From assembly GCA_017886575.1 (NCBI GenBank), contig JAGHJP010000050.1:28661-92660 (forward strand): a DNA stretch of 64,000 nucleotides, read 5' to 3'. Below, in pieces: positions 63,453-64,000 of this stretch. Position numbers and translations under genes: made by a program. Origin of the DNA: Clostridia bacterium. GTDB lineage: Bacteria; Bacillota; Clostridia; Christensenellales; Borkfalkiaceae. The notes under the pieces are model-generated. The model saw nothing but the letters and a program-made list of their open reading frames with translations. It did no database searches and was not told the DNA's origin. Position 1 is the first letter of the stretch, and each line of letters opens with the position of its first letter.

Positions 63453-64000
63453 TTACTTTTTATAACTGTCTTTCATGGATACGATGAAGGACAGGCAGAG
63501 CCTGCCGCCCGGCTCGGTGCACTTTTTATAGTACGCCGTGCGCAGAAGCTGGAAGGGCGTGCCGTCCGCCGCCTGCGCAAGGTACGGCTCGGCCTTCGCA
63601 CCCTCTATAATCGTTTCGCTTTCGCGGTTCATGCGCTCGTCGAAGTCCTGCCCGTCGTAGACGGCATCATTTAGAAGGCTCTCGTAATTTTTGACGACGG
63701 CGTCGGCGCAGCGGTCGGCGTTGACCCAATGAATGGTGCCTTTGACTTTCAGCCCGCTGGTATCGTGGCTGGAACGGCTTTCGGGGATATAGGTGCAGCG
63801 CACCTCGGTCACTTTGCCGTTTTCATCTTTCACCGCCTCGTCGCAACGGACGATGTACGCCCCTTTCAGCCGCACATACCCGCCCTCTTTCAGACGGTTA
63901 TACTTGGGGGGCGGATCGAGGGAAAAGTCCGCCTCTTCGATGTAGAGATGCTTGCCGAATACCACCTTGCGGACGGGGGAATTTTCCAGCGTGGGATTGA
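63453..64000 (-). CDS. glnS: glutamine--tRNA ligase, C-terminal part (5' end outside window)
   Basis: The ORF is open to the window edge. EADFSLDPPPKYNRLKEGGYVRLKGAYIVRCDE...KVKGTIHWVNA...FQLLRTAYY matches the GlnRS anticodon-binding beta-barrel domains. Confidence 0.8.
   Translation of the reverse strand, partial: NPTLENSPVRKVVFGKHLYIEEADFSLDPPPKYNRLKEGGYVRLKGAYIVRCDEAVKDENGKVTEVRCTYIPESRSSHDTSGLKVKGTIHWVNADRCADAVVKNYESLLNDAVYDGQDFDERMNRESETIIEGAKAEPYLAQAADGTPFQLLRTAYYKKCTEPGGRLCLSFIVSMKDSYKK

Overview
This is a 64-kb chromosomal window from a high-GC, Firmicutes/Clostridia-style genome. That placement is an inference from four things: the S10-spc-alpha gene order with secY-adk-map-infA-rpmJ, GGAGG ribosome-binding sites, a T-box leader, and many near-consensus TTGACA-17-TATAAT promoters. 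All calls come from reading the sequence and from remembered family signatures; no homology search was possible.

Core content:
- A complete ribosomal-protein supercluster, rpsJ to rplQ, on the minus strand at 13.3-29.4 kb.
- tRNA-Arg(ACG).
- rarA.
- An L-rhamnose utilisation locus at 33.8-44.7 kb: GH78 rhamnosidase, rhaB, rhaA, rhaD, a GPH transporter, fucO and a divergent DeoR regulator.
- A heterodimeric ABC exporter pair.
- leuA behind a Leu T-box.
- Oxidative-stress genes: a Fur-family regulator, a CoA-disulfide-reductase-like flavoprotein and rubrerythrin.
- trmL, a rhomboid protease and the 3' end of glnS.

Accessory or unusual content:
1. An XRE-controlled pair (GIY-YIG nuclease-like protein plus zinc-ribbon/coiled-coil tail-anchored membrane protein) wedged between fur and trmL. 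This is my best candidate for an undescribed defence-type module.
2. A Zn-macrodomain/class-M-like sirtuin pair without GcvH-L or LplA2. It sits in an Rrf2-controlled redox cluster that carries three copies of a TTGTAAT-N7-ATTACAA operator.
3. A 1175-aa membrane-anchored protein of unknown family, co-transcribed with a GNAT.
4. Two small ORFs translationally chained to rubrerythrin, one built on an 18-bp tandem repeat. They lie opposite an orphan promoter/terminator unit that could make an antisense RNA.
5. A DnaA-box cluster next to tRNA-Arg.
6. A frameshifted P-type ATPase.
7. A 470-bp promoter-containing spacer between rpmJ and rpsM.

No rRNA, CRISPR array, transposase or integrase gene was seen.
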